A stretch of 64,000 nt of DNA, taken from Mobula hypostoma. Lineage: Eukaryota. A program made the translations under genes and the position numbers. Positions 25,162 to 37,117 of this stretch are shown here, piece by piece (the first letter of the stretch is position 1; every line of letters begins with the position of its first letter). The DNA is taken from contig NC_086109.1 in assembly GCF_963921235.1 (NCBI RefSeq), forward strand, positions 27,964,001-28,028,000, written 5' to 3'. The notes beneath the pieces were generated by a model, which was not told the origin of the DNA, ran no database searches, and was given only the letters and a program-made list of their open reading frames with translations.

Positions 25162-25651
25162 CTGCGGCAGGAAAACACAAAATAATATTGTTAATGTTTC
25201 AAATTCATTGGTGGCTATTTTTATTTTCATTAATGATAGAATGTATCAAAGAAAAATTGAAGAAAATAAAATCTTTCAAAAACTCAAATCCTGGAATACT
25301 TAAAGGCATTTGTTTCATTGTCAAACATTCATTACATATTGCTTTTATTAAAGATTATGTTTAAACATGTCACAACTTCAAGTAGTTTCACATCGTCTCA
25401 GCGTAATACTTAAGATTTTTGCTAAAACTTCAGGACAGTGTTTTGTTTAACCATGCTTTATGGACAGTCAAGAGAAACATTCATAGAGAGGGTATGCTGC
25501 AGTCTAACAGATAAATCCACCTATGGAAAATATACAGGAAGTTATTTCCCAATGATTGCACTTTAGGAAATTAAGCACTTCCTATACCAAGAAAAATAAG
25601 AATGAAATCAGATAACACAAGGGCTATTCTTGGAACAAATCTTTCTGTAGA

Positions 25652-26270
25652 TTAATTTTTTTTAAATTTTTTATTTTTATTTGGATAAGGAATTCGCAAG
25701 CATCATGAACTTTTTTCACATGTATAACCTTTTCCATTTTTTTATATATGTATAAATCTATAATTATTTATACATTCCTAAGTACACATTGAGATGATAT
25801 AAAAAGTAATTAGGCACTTAAATAGATAATTATGTGCAGTTGTAATTCTACTCTATTCGGCTAAGTAATGATATTAATTGTTAAGAAAAATAGTAATAAT
25901 AGTGGATTAATAATAATTTCCAAATATCTCTTCTGACCATTTCTTTCTGGTCCAAAATATTGTATGTATGCCTATGTAACTACCATTGTAGGTGTTTATA
26001 TCTTAACTCGTTCATGTTTGCTCCTACCCCCCAAACATAATTATCCAATCCCTATGTACTTATTTACTTAATTTTATCATTTTTTTCCCTTTCCCAAATC
26101 TTTTCCTTTACTTGTGCTAATTCTCCGTTTTCCAAAAAAAGAAAAAAACAGTAAACATTTGGACCAAGGGTGCTTACATTAGCAATATTACTGTGTTGAT
26201 GAGGAGAGCAGTATAAATCATTAGGAGAGTCATCTAAAGTCTGCTCGCTTTGGGGTTATATGTAGCTGGT
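25652..26270 (-). mobile_element. L1/Tx1-like 3' UTR fragment
   Basis: Poly-T/TTTATT start on + (an A-tail with AATAAA on -) followed by AT-rich UTR-like sequence. Confidence 0.4.
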
Positions 26271-26439
26271 GTACAGATGACCAATGCATTTTAATATTTT
26301 ATTGCTCAACTGCATTTATCTTCAAGGACAAAATGTACCAATAATCATTTCTGTAACAAAATGTTTAACATCATGAGGTTGTAAAGGGCAATGCCTTAGA
26401 AATGAGACCAATATTCAGGGCAACCAGTTTGTAACTTAA

Positions 26440-26642
26440 TCAGTTGACATTTTAGGCTGGAGAACCTTCATCAGGAACAACACACACAAAATGCAGGAGG
26501 AACTCTGCAGGTCAGGAGTCCTGATGGAGGGTCTCCGTCTGAAACATCGACCGTATATTTCTTTCTATGGATGTTGCCTAACCTGCTGAATTCCTCCAAT
26601 ATTTTGCTCTGGATTTCCATCATCTGCAAAATTTCTTGTATT
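26440..26642. mobile_element. Cluster of short Penelope-like pLTR fragments in both orientations, with decayed hammerhead motifs
   Basis: CTTCATCAGGA (minus-strand CTGATGA), AGTCCTGATGGAGGGTCTCCGTCTGAAACATCGAC (+), and ACACACAAAATGCAGGAGGAACTC. Confidence 0.7.
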
Positions 26643-27826
26643 TACAAATTATAATTTAATTGTTAGCATGCTAATGGCAGAGGATTCTGCCTACTCCCTT
26701 AAAGAGGGCACATCCCTCAGAGAAGGTGTGGCAGGAATACCTTTTATCATTCCAGTAGGTCAGACATAAAGAATACATCCACTAAAATCTGGACCAATGG
26801 ATTCTAAAATCACTGTTAAGAAATTATAACTCTCAAGAGGGGATATGTTATTATCAGAAAAGCTGTCATCTTTTTAAATGAAAGTTACTTTCTTTCAGTT
26901 CAGAGTGAGTTGCAGAATGTTGGTGGTCTTCATTTCATATGCATAGGAGCTATATGCATTGCTATGGTTTCTCCTCTATTATGGGAATTGAAAACAACTA
27001 CAACCCGTTTGACAGCGCCAAAATCATTCTCCTGGATCTTTCTTAGGCAACTAACATTACCATATTTGTCTGCTTATGAGCTCTCCGCTCTCTGAATCTG
27101 CATTTGATTCATGCAAAAAGAGAAGTTTCACAGTTCCTTGTACTTTGTGGACTGTCATAGCCAATACTATTTGCTGTGTGATACCACTGTGCTCCATTCT
27201 TAACAGTTTCCTAAACATCAGACAACCAGGCTTTCCATCTACGGTGTCACAGATGATTGACCAGCACCTTACCTGGTAGCTTAAACTTACTTCCAGTAAC
27301 TAAATTGCACCAAATTCTCCACCCCTTCATTAAAACCCAGAAACTTAAATTACAATAATAAAGGTTACGACATATTTTCTAGCATCTGCAGTTTGAGCTA
27401 ATTAATTTCCCACTGCTTTTCCGTACTGAGATCCGTTGAAGGTCATTGCTTTTGTTATTGTCATGAAATGGACATTGAAAAAGGAAGCAATTTTTTTTAA
27501 TTGGTCAGAGCTGAGAAACTTCCTAGTATTATATACTGCTGTAAATACACAATTCCAGAAAGATGGGAATCAAGATTGATGATTCTCTTCCCTCACTCCC
27601 CCCTCACCCACTGCAATAAGTAATTGTGTTTGTTGAGTACGGTTCTGGGAATGAAACATTAATCATTAAGATGGAAAATTGCCTGGTGTTTATAGTTATT
27701 AGGAAGCAGAAAAAATAGCAAATAATTCAGCAGTAAAGGGAACAGTGCACATCAGGTACAGCATTATTAAATTTAGACAGCATTAAAACAATATTAAAAT
27801 CAATGGAAACACAAGAAAATATGCAG

Positions 27827-28642
27827 ATGTTGGAAATTCAAGCAACACACACAAAATGCTGGTGGAACGCAGCAGGCCAGGCAGCATCTACTGGAAGGAG
27901 TACAGTCAACGTTTTGGGTCGAGACTCTTCGTCAGGACTAACGGAAAATAGAGATAGTAAGAGATTTGAAAGTGGGAGGGGGAGGTGGAGACCCGAAATG
28001 ATAGGAGACGACAAGAGGGGGAGGGATGAAGCCAAGAGCTGGGAAGTTGAATGGCAAAAGGGATACAAGGCTGGAGAAGGGGGAGCATCATGGGATGGAA
28101 GGCCTTGGAAGGAAGAAAGAGGGAGGGGAGCACCACAGGAAGATGGAGAACAGGCAAGGAGTATTGTGAGGGGAAAAAAGAGAAAAATAAATAAATAAAC
28201 AAACAAACAAACAAATAAATAAATAAGGGATGGGATAAGAAGAGGAGGAGGGGTGTTAACAGAAGTTAGAGAAATCAAAGTTCATGCCATCAGGTTGGAG
28301 GATACCCAGACGGAATATCAGGTATTGTTCCTCCAACCTTGGTGTGGCTTCATCTCGACAGTAGAGGAGGCCATGATTCCACGTCCCATTCCCATTCCAA
28401 TATGTCAATCCATGGCCTCCTCTACTGTCAAGATGAAGCCACACTCAGGTTGGTTGAACAATACCTTATATTCCATCTGGGTAGCCTCCAACCTGATGGC
28501 ATGAACATTGATTTCTCTACCTTCCGTTAATGCCCTTCCTCCCCTTCTTACCCCATCCCTAACTTACTTATTTATTTTCTTTTTTTTCTCTTTTTCCCTC
28601 TCAGAATACTCTTTGCCTATTCTCCATCTTCCTCTGGTGCTG
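27827..28642. mobile_element. Penelope-like element 3' end with an inverted duplication
   Basis: The GIY-YIG C-terminal peptide HGLLYC.DEAT.RL.EQYLIF.LG.LQPDGMN.DFS appears on both strands (28256-28444 -, 28339-28530 +). Hammerhead-like motif at 27903-27939 (-). Confidence 0.85.
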
Positions 28643-31229
28643 CACAAATTTATTTTTGGCAACTTAGAGCTCTTATTTTTTGAAACAATCTGTCATTGCA
28701 ATATAACAAACAACTTTCACAGTTAGTTAGGGATGGAGCAAAGAGAGTATTTTACAATACTACGGACAAGTGCACTCAAAGCCTCAAAAGAGGCTGGATT
28801 CAAGACAAAACTGGTCAAAAGAGGTCAAAATTGGTCTTGCTACAGAACAAAGCAGGCAATGGAAAGCAGAAACTTATTTTACATCTTGCCCAATTCTGAG
28901 GTTACCTGGTGAGGTACAACACATACTAGAGATCAGGCTACTAACAGATGTGTTTTATGGCCATGAAGCAATTAGTTTCTCCACACTCCACTGAAAGTAA
29001 GAATGCAGCTGTTGTATTGTGGCCTGGACCATCACTGTTAAAACAGTGTCTTGTAAAAGTATTCAGCTCCAAACCTTTGTTCACATAAATGAGTATTACA
29101 ACCACGGATTTTGATCAATTTAACTGAAAAATTTTATTTGTGAATTACATGCTCCTTTTGGTGGGTGCCTACCACCACCCCCAAAAGCAGGGAAAATAGT
29201 AAAGCATGGAAATCCAAAAATTATACAACTGTAATCACAGCTGTTCAGTGTCAGCATTTACCCTCTTCCGATCAGTACTTTGTTGAACCACCTTTTGCAG
29301 CTAATTCAGTCAGTAGTCTTTTTGCATAGGTCTCTGTTAGCTTTACACAAAATGATGGAACAACATTTGCTCATTCCTCCTTGCAAAATTGCTCAAGCTG
29401 TGCCAGGTTAGTTGGGGAGTGGAGACCGATAGCAATCCTGAAGTTTTGCCAGAGATGTTCAGTGAGGCTAAGGTCAGGACTCTGACAGGGCCACTCAAGC
29501 ACATCAATTTTCTTCATTTGAAGCCACTCTATCAGTGTGCTTTGGTCATTGTCCTGTTGAATGATGAACTCCCTCCCCTGTTTAAGCTTTCTAACAGAGA
29601 CTAGCAGGTGTTTATCCAGGATTTCTCTGTATTTAGCAGCATTTAACTTCCCATGAATCCTGACCAGGTTTCCTGTCCCTGCTGCTGAAAAGCATCCCCA
29701 TAGGATTTGTGTGTGCTCCCATAGCATGAAGCTAGCCCCACCATACTTTTCAGTAGGGATTATGTAACATGGCTAATGAATGGTATTAGATTTACATCAC
29801 GCGTACTGCTTAGTGTTGAGGCTAAGAAGTTCCATGTTAGTCTCATCCTACCACAAGACCTTCTTCCACATCCTTACAGTGTCTTCAAAGTGATGCTTTG
29901 CAAAGTCATGATGGGAAAGATTGTGTTTTTTTTCTATGCATGACTTCTTCCTTGCCACTTTTTCATAAATACCATGATCTTGCAAGGCCTTAGGGATTGT
30001 GCAGCCATGAACTTCATCTCCAGTTGCAGCTACTTTCTTCTGCAACTCACTCAAAGTGACTGTTGGCATCCGTCCTATGTGTGGGGGGGGGGGGTGCCTG
30101 CCTTATTCTGATTGTTGAAAGTCACTTCTGTCATGATTGGTTACTTTAGAAACTGCAGCTGCTTTTTCCATTGGATAGCTGGCTGTTTAGTCGGTTACTT
30201 TGTTTCCCATTTTCTTAATCTGTTATGTGTTTATTCTATCTTAATCTGTTACTTTGTTAGTTATTTCCCCAAACAATTGCTTTTAGGCGTGACTCATTTC
30301 ATACTGGCCGTATGAAATTTGAGTTGAAATTTGGGCAACTTTATTCTGGATACATGATGCCCACATTTCAGAGGGAATTGAGCATTTGGTTGCATTTTCA
30401 ATTCTGGTAGTCCTGTTGTTTTTGTGTTTTCTAAATATCCAGTGACTTGCTCCAGTTAATCAGGAGCAAGTGCATTTGTATCTCCCTGCATTACATAATG
30501 GCAAAGTGCTGGATGCTGACTTGTGGTAGATCATGTGGTACATTCCTGGGGAGAGCGAATTTGCACACTGGACCAATAGGTCAGATTGCTGAATTTGAGG
30601 AACTCTTACTACATCATGGAAGGGATGCCATGATATTGAACCTTTTGATGACAAAGAAAAGAGTGTTGGGGGAAATTACCTGGTTTCTCCAGTTTTGGCA
30701 TTCTGTTTTGGGGGGAGTAGTCTATTCTAGCCAACCTTAACCCAGAGTATGGTAACAACCATAAGGTACTTGAGAATTAATAGTCCTGGTGGAGTAAATG
30801 CTTTAAGGGCTGGTATTTCCTATGTATCATTTGTTAAACTGGAAGGTCCTAACTCTTAGTGAGTTCCCCATCTGACAGTGTTGGTGTAGGTGGTGTGTTG
30901 AATACAAGTACAAGGAGCAAGGTGGATGGCAAGTGTGAGCAGGAACAGTATCCTGGGACGACTGTGTCTATGCCAATTGTTCTTGTCAAGCTGGGCACTT
31001 GTTGGACACTGAATGGTACTTACTGGATACATAGTTCCTAAGCCTACCTGTGGTTCCCACACAGTGGTGCAGTTGATATGTGGTGCCATACATTCAATAT
31101 ACCACCCCAGTGCCCTGGATGAGGCAGTGCCCATGCTGGTCGGTAAGAGGGTTATTACAAAGGAAGGATGATTTTGAATGACCACCTTTCTTAGCATGGT
31201 GCAGCCAGACTGTCCCGGGAACTGATTTT

Positions 31230-31603
31230 AAAAAACGCAAACACGAGGAAATCTGCAGATGCTGGAAATTCAAGCAACACACACAAAAAATGCTGGTGAA
31301 TGCGGCAGGCCAGGCAGCATCTATAGGAAGAGGTACAGTCTACGTTTTGGGCTGAGACCCTTCGTCAGGACCAACTGAAAGAAGAGATAGTAAGAGATTT
31401 GAAAGTGGGAGGGGGAAGGGGAGAACCAAAATGTCTTCTCCTATCATTTCAGATCTCCCTCTCCCCCTCCCACTTTCAAATCGCTTACTGTCATTTCTTT
31501 CCGTTAGTCCTGACGAAGGGTCTTGGCCCGAAACGTCGACTGTACCTCTTCCTATAGATGCTGCCTGGCCTGCCGCATTCACCAGCATTTTTTGTATGTG
31601 TTG
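31230..31603. mobile_element. Palindromic Penelope-like pLTR insertion with a 14-bp TSD
   Basis: CGGGAACTGATTTT is repeated at 31216-31229 and 31604-31617. Left arm in - and right arm in + orientation, about 150-bp inverted repeat. Confidence 0.88.
31506..31541 (+). ncRNA. Minimal type I hammerhead ribozyme (Penelope-type), intact core
   Basis: AGTC-CTGACGA-A-GGGTCTTGGCCC-GAAA-CG-TC/-GACT: stem I AGTC/GACT, CUGANGA, stem II, GAAA, palindromic mini stem III, GUC cleavage triplet. Confidence 0.8.
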
Positions 31604-34194
31604 CGGGAACTGATTTTGAAGGCCTTGGATTACCTACTCACAAAGGAGGGTGACACTTGTACTGTTGTTGATCAAGAATGCTGCACCTACATTACTGATG
31701 GGTCAGGTAACATCACTCACTTGGTTGATCAAATCTAAGAGTCACTGTATAAGATTAAGTGGGGGGGCAGCTCATTGGCTATTACACTCCAGGGTGGGGC
31801 TGGTGGCCTGTTGGGGAAGAGGGAGGCTGGTGCACTACTGTAGTACACTGGGAGGTGACTATCAGGTTTACAGTACTGGGTTTTGTACTCTTGTATTTTA
31901 TATGTAACTTAGGGAGTTCACAAGTGTCATACTGGTCTGAGGGTTGGATCATGATGTTCACAACTTTTGAGGGGTGCAGCATGCCTTAGTCTCATTGCTG
32001 AAAGCCGCTTCCAATGCGATTGGTTAGTTTAGAAACTGCAGCTGTTTTCCCCATTGGACAGCTGCCTGGTGTCCAGTTTCAAATATCCTGGGTATATCGG
32101 GAGCACGTGTGGGAGGTTCTGTCTCTCTCCCTTTGCTTAAGGCTAGCAGTGCACATGGCCACTGGGAAGGTATGCTCTGCGTGCACTTTTAGCTAAGTAC
32201 AGTGTGTTTGTTGAATATTCAGCTTTGTAGTGTCTATAACTTGGGGAACATGAATGTTTTGTTGAATTTTTACTGTTTGTAAGTAAATGATTAATATACC
32301 CATTTTAAATTAGTGTTTCACTTGCTAAACCTGCAAACCAGATTCAATATTACAGCATCACAGTAGCCACTCTAACAGATGCCATTCTTCTCCAGTGACT
32401 AGGTTTACAGGGGTGGCCTGACCTTGGCAGTGTGTCTGTGGTTTCATATTTTTTCACTTTTTTCATGATGGACTGTACTGAGCTCCAAGGCATGTTAAGT
32501 TCCTTTGGGATGGTCTTTTATCCTTCCCCAAATGTGTTTTTCTTTATTACCATTCCTTGAATTGTCTTGAAAGCTCCTTTGTCTTCATTTTGGTGTGAGT
32601 CTGTTGAAAATCTACCATACTCGTGGACCTTACAGAGTGGGGATGTTTATTCAGGTGATCTTCCAAACACAGTGCTGCACCTGAGGGAAGTCAGCGTAGC
32701 ATTTACAAAGGGGACGAAACTTCTTCAGCCTCACAACTTCGGTTTTTAATTTTTAGTAAATTGTTGACAGGCTTTGCAATTTTTATTTTGATTTGATATG
32801 ATGCATAATGTTTTGTAGATTAGCAAGAATCCTACTTAATATATATCAAATTTAAAAAATGAGACAGCAAAATATGAAAATAGTTGTGGGGGCTGAATAA
32901 TTTTTCAAGGCACTGTATGCTGCTCTCATAGATGCCTGTAAAAATACCAGATGACACAGTGAAAAAAACATTTAAAAAACATGATAAACAAAGCAAAATG
33001 CTTCAACATTATTACAGCATTAAACAAGATGCTATCTCTTTTACAGTGATTAAATGATCATATACCCCCATTGAACTTTCCTGTTTACTATATTTAAGTC
33101 TCTTAAATGTTTTTCTGAGTTTAATAATTTCTAACCTAAAAAGAAACTCTTCTATTGATCTTCCTGGGTCTCATCTAGGTTTAATTTGGCAAATTGTACC
33201 AATTGCTTTTTTAAAAAAAACTCACTCTCTTATATATGCAATAACCCTTAAAAACCTGCCCAATATCTCAGTTGTTTGAACATGGCAAAAGAGGCAATGT
33301 TTATAATATTTCACAATCCATTGTTTTGAGGCCTACCTTGTTGAATATTTCAAACAACTTCTGTTTTTGTTTCAAGTTCCTATCACTGCTGCTATCTAGC
33401 CACACCAGGAAAGGTTGTGTCAATTGCTTCCTCTTATTCTGATGTGAGACAGAAATCCTTTTTAGTGGTGCCATTCTCCATTTTAACACCAGCTTTTTAT
33501 CTGTCCCTTTATTTGCACATGCGTGAAATGGGAAAATGTTTTTTAAAAATAAATTATTAAACAGCATTAGATCAACAGGATCCTTGCTCAATTGTTAGAC
33601 ACTTGTACAATCTACACATTAACTCGCTATGCAGTACAAACAAACAGATTACATTCTCAATTGGTTGGTATTGAGATATTCTTATAATCACAATCGGAAG
33701 CAGCAATCTCTTGGTGTAAATCCTTCTGGCAATAATCCCAACTATCATTACAATTCTCTGCTCAGTCTTTTCTCCTCATTTGCTACAGCACTGAAGCTGC
33801 CACAGCACGCACTATGCAGTCTATCTATTCATTTCAAAGTCATGCAAAGCATGATAAGCATGTCCGTGACCTATGGTATGCAAATAATTATAGCATCCTC
33901 ATTTGGGAACTCAGATCATCAGAAATCATGCCCCACTACTGGATGTTTTAGATATCACTAATATATTCCTTCAAATTGAATTAAAGATTAGTTTTATGTG
34001 TCACATGTACATTGAAACATATAGTGAAATGTGGCATATATTATCTGAAGTAAAAAAAGACACAAAAGGGAAATGGGAAATGGGAGGAAAAAGGTGGGAC
34101 TATAGAGAATATTCAGCCTGGCTGCCATTATTGATCAGTTCAATACTGCAACCCTCTGACTTAATCATGTAGCTCCCTCCATTGTAGTACAAAT

Positions 34195-34275
34195 CAGGGG
34201 TTCTCTACCTGGAGTCCACAGACCCCTTGCTTAATGGTATCGGCCCATGGCATAAAAAAGGTTGGGCACCCTTGA
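34195..34275. mobile_element. Short hAT-like MITE
   Basis: CAGGGGTTCTCTACCT ... AGGTTGGGCACCCTTG imperfect TIRs, about 80 bp. Confidence 0.45.
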
Positions 34276-34799
34276 TATAAAGTGAATAAAGTTGGGCAGA
34301 AAGAAGGTGAAAGGGAGCACAAACACCATCACATTCAGAGCCACTTTGTCAGCAAAATACTATGTACTGAAAGAGAAAATGAAACTTAACATCTCTATAA
34401 ACTGAAAAGCATACATCACTATACAAAGTACTACAAAATTATAACATTTTTATTTCAACAGAAACCAGTGTAGGCTTTAACATACATTCTTTTTATTATT
34501 GTCTTAAGCCCCATGAAAACATTAATTTAATAGGAACCGAGGTCATATAGCTTATAATGCCAGAGATAACTTAACAGCTGTTGGGTGAGAGGGCTAAAAT
34601 ACATGAGCCAAACTACAGAAACACAGATCCAAATTAACTGAACTAAAATATTTTTATAATAGTTTATGTACTCCTTACTTCACAGCTTTGCAAAGCTCCC
34701 AACCAGATATTAGCAGGCTTAATTTAATGGAGATAGATCAAGGACCAACCAGAACACCAGCTTTTTTTTTATTTGCTGTGTGTTATATTCTCAGGAATA

Positions 34800-34914
34800 A
34801 TACAATCAGAATCAGGTTTAATATCATTGACATATGACATGAAATTTGTTGAATTTGTAGCAGTATATTGCAATACATAATATTAGAGAAAAAAACTGAA
34901 TTAGTGTATATGTA

Positions 34915-34946
<32 letters not shown>

Positions 34947-34958
34947 TGTATATATATA

Positions 34959-35033
<75 letters not shown>

Positions 35034-35392
35034 CGGTGGAACTAATGATAACAGGGCATGCCCTGGGTGATGGGGGTCCGTAATGATGGACACCGCCTTT
35101 CTGAGACATCGCTCCTTGAAGATGTCCAGAATGCTATGGAGGCTAATGTCCATGTTGGAGCTGACTGAGTTCATAATTTTCTGCAGCTTCTATCAATACT
35201 GTGCAGTAGCATCCACACAAACCTCCCCCCCACCCTTCCCAGATGGTAATGCAGCTAGTCAGAATGCTGACCACAGTATATCTGTAGAAATTTGTGAGTG
35301 TCTTTGGTGACATATCTAATCTCCTCAAACTGTGAATGAAATATAGCCACTGTCGTGCCTTCCTTGTAGCCGCATCGATTTGTTGGGCAATG
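34800..35392 (-). mobile_element. Rex1/Babar-type LINE 3' fragment with embedded microsatellites
   Basis: KARQWLYFIHSLRRLDMSPKTLTNFYRYTVVSILTSCI and DIFKERCLRKAVSIITDPHHPGH. Confidence 0.7.
34904..35030. repeat. Compound (TG)n/(TA)n/(CA)n microsatellite
   Basis: Seen directly in the sequence. Confidence 0.95.
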
Positions 35393-35752
35393 GAAGCAAA
35401 TGACAGATCCAGCAATAGATGACTTCTGTGACTTTTCATTGAACTCTAGTATAGCTCAGGTTTGTTTAATCAAAGTGATAAAAAAAAAAGAAAAAGTATG
35501 TATCGTTCTGGTGGAAAAAGCACAAAAGTGGACTAACAGTGGAGTATGGAGAGATTGTGCAGAAGGGGCTTTATAATACTTATTGTCATTTTCCCTATTT
35601 ATTAGGTATCAGCTGAATTAATCGTGGAACCTAGCTGCTAATCAACAAATCCAATAATTTCAGTAATAATAATATAAAATAATTTTAAGAACCCCCATGA
35701 GTTAGTATGATTATTACAGCATTAGAGCAAGATGTTTGAGGAAAATAAATTA

Positions 35753-36467
35753 TGTAAGGGGTTTCTTCTTTTATGTTACTGCGTAGTCTAATTAAAATAG
35801 CTTCTTTGTTATGTTATAATTGAAATGGCTTCTTTGTTATGTTCTGCTGAGAAAGTCCTCCCGCTAGTAGTTTTTGTTTGGATCATGTTACTGATAAGAG
35901 GGTGAACAAACCAATTGGAATAGATGTTATTCTTTCTGTGTGTCTGTAAGTTAGTGTGATGCGCGGGTTTTTGTGCAGAAGGCGGGAGAGAGAGAGACAG
36001 AGGATGGACCAGGTGCAGTGAGTCCGCTAACGGGGTCGGACCCCGAGCAGGAGTCCGAGGTCCAGGGTGTTCGGTGAGGAGAGTAGACGGAGACAGACTC
36101 ATGTGGAGCATCTGGTCGACCACCGTTGTCGGTCCCAGGCAGCAGTTCGAGGTGGTCCGAGGAGTCGCAGGGTGAAGAAGGAGGGTCCTGAGCTCCAACT
36201 GTTTGTGCACGAAGAGATTGAAATTTGATAAGTGTGGCGCCTTTTATTTTCCTTTTATAGTTTATTCTCTATTAATTATATAGTTCCAGTACTATTGATA
36301 AACTGTAATTCATTTAACTGTATCTGGTGTATTGTCTGTTATTTGGCGGGGTGGGGTACATCAGACAGCATCCACACAAACTTAATTACCCAGTCTGGCA
36401 GGGCCGAGGGCTGCTTCTCTAGACGACAGTGAGCTGAGTGACCCTGAGGCTGGCCAGGGGAGCTACA
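35753..36467 (+). mobile_element. Solo LTR of a second (Gypsy-like) family
   Basis: TGTAAGGGG...GGGAGCTACA, about 715 bp. Flanks ATTA/GTTA (4-bp TSD with one mismatch). CpG-rich core. Confidence 0.65.
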
Positions 36468-36829
36468 GTTACATAGACTTGGTGAGTATTTTTGACAAGC
36501 AACAATAGTCTGCAGCTAATATCAAATCTTCCACTTATCATCACTTACAAATGGAAGCAAAAGTGAGGAACAGTACAAGGAAGACTGATTTGATATTATC
36601 CCATTTACATTAGATTCACCTTGATGTGTTTAAATGAGCAAAATAGCCATTTGTTTCTACACCAGAGCTGTTTAAGATACTGATGGAATATAACAGGCGA
36701 TGTTAAAATAAAACCCTATGCATTTCAACAGGGTCTACCTGAAGAGAATCACGAGTTCTGAATGACTGTCCCACCACCACCTCATGCTTGAGTTTCACAT
36801 AGCCTGCAAGGCATGGTAGTATAGCCTTC

Positions 36830-37095
36830 AGAAGATCAGGGTTCAATTCCTGCTGTTGTCTGTAAGGAGATCCACAGCCTCCCCGTGACTGTGTGTGTTT
36901 GTTCTTGGTGTTCTGGTTTCCTCCCACATTCCAAAAACATATGGGTTAGAGTTAGTGAGATGTAGGCATGCTATATTGGCACTGGATGTGTGATAACACT
37001 TGCAGGCTGCTCCCAGAATATATTTGGACTGTGTTGGCTGTTGTTGCAAATGGCACATTTTACTGTATGTCTTGACGTACATCTGGCAAATAAAG
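36830..37095 (+). mobile_element. V-SINE (HE1-like)
   Basis: B-box-like GGTTCAATTCC, V-domain-like CTCCCCGTGACTGTGTG...TCTGGTTTCCTCCCACATTCCAAA, AATAAA tail. Confidence 0.65.
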
Positions 37096-37117
37096 TTAAT
37101 CCTTACCTTTATATTTA

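Larger units (their letters stand above)
30071..32354 (+). mobile_element. Endogenous retrovirus relic carrying only a decayed env (gamma-type TM)
   Basis: 5-bp TSD GCATC (30066-70 / 32355-59). LTR-like direct repeats at about 30100-30190 and 31985-32070 (TGATTGGTTA.TTTAGAAACTGCAGCTG). Env remnants NGTYWI, KR|VIT, GAARLSRELI and ALDYLLTKEGDTCTVVDQECCTYI (ISD + CX6CC). Confidence 0.8.
29044..32915 (-). mobile_element. Tc1-like transposon (decayed), split by the ERV relic
   Basis: CAGTGTCTTGTAAAAGTATTCAGC ... GCTGAATAATTTTTCAAGGCACTG|TA. Transposase remnants WGCFSAAGTG, QQDND, WPCQSPDLS and TVTLSELQ...ARKK. Second copy at 37118-38873. Confidence 0.88.
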
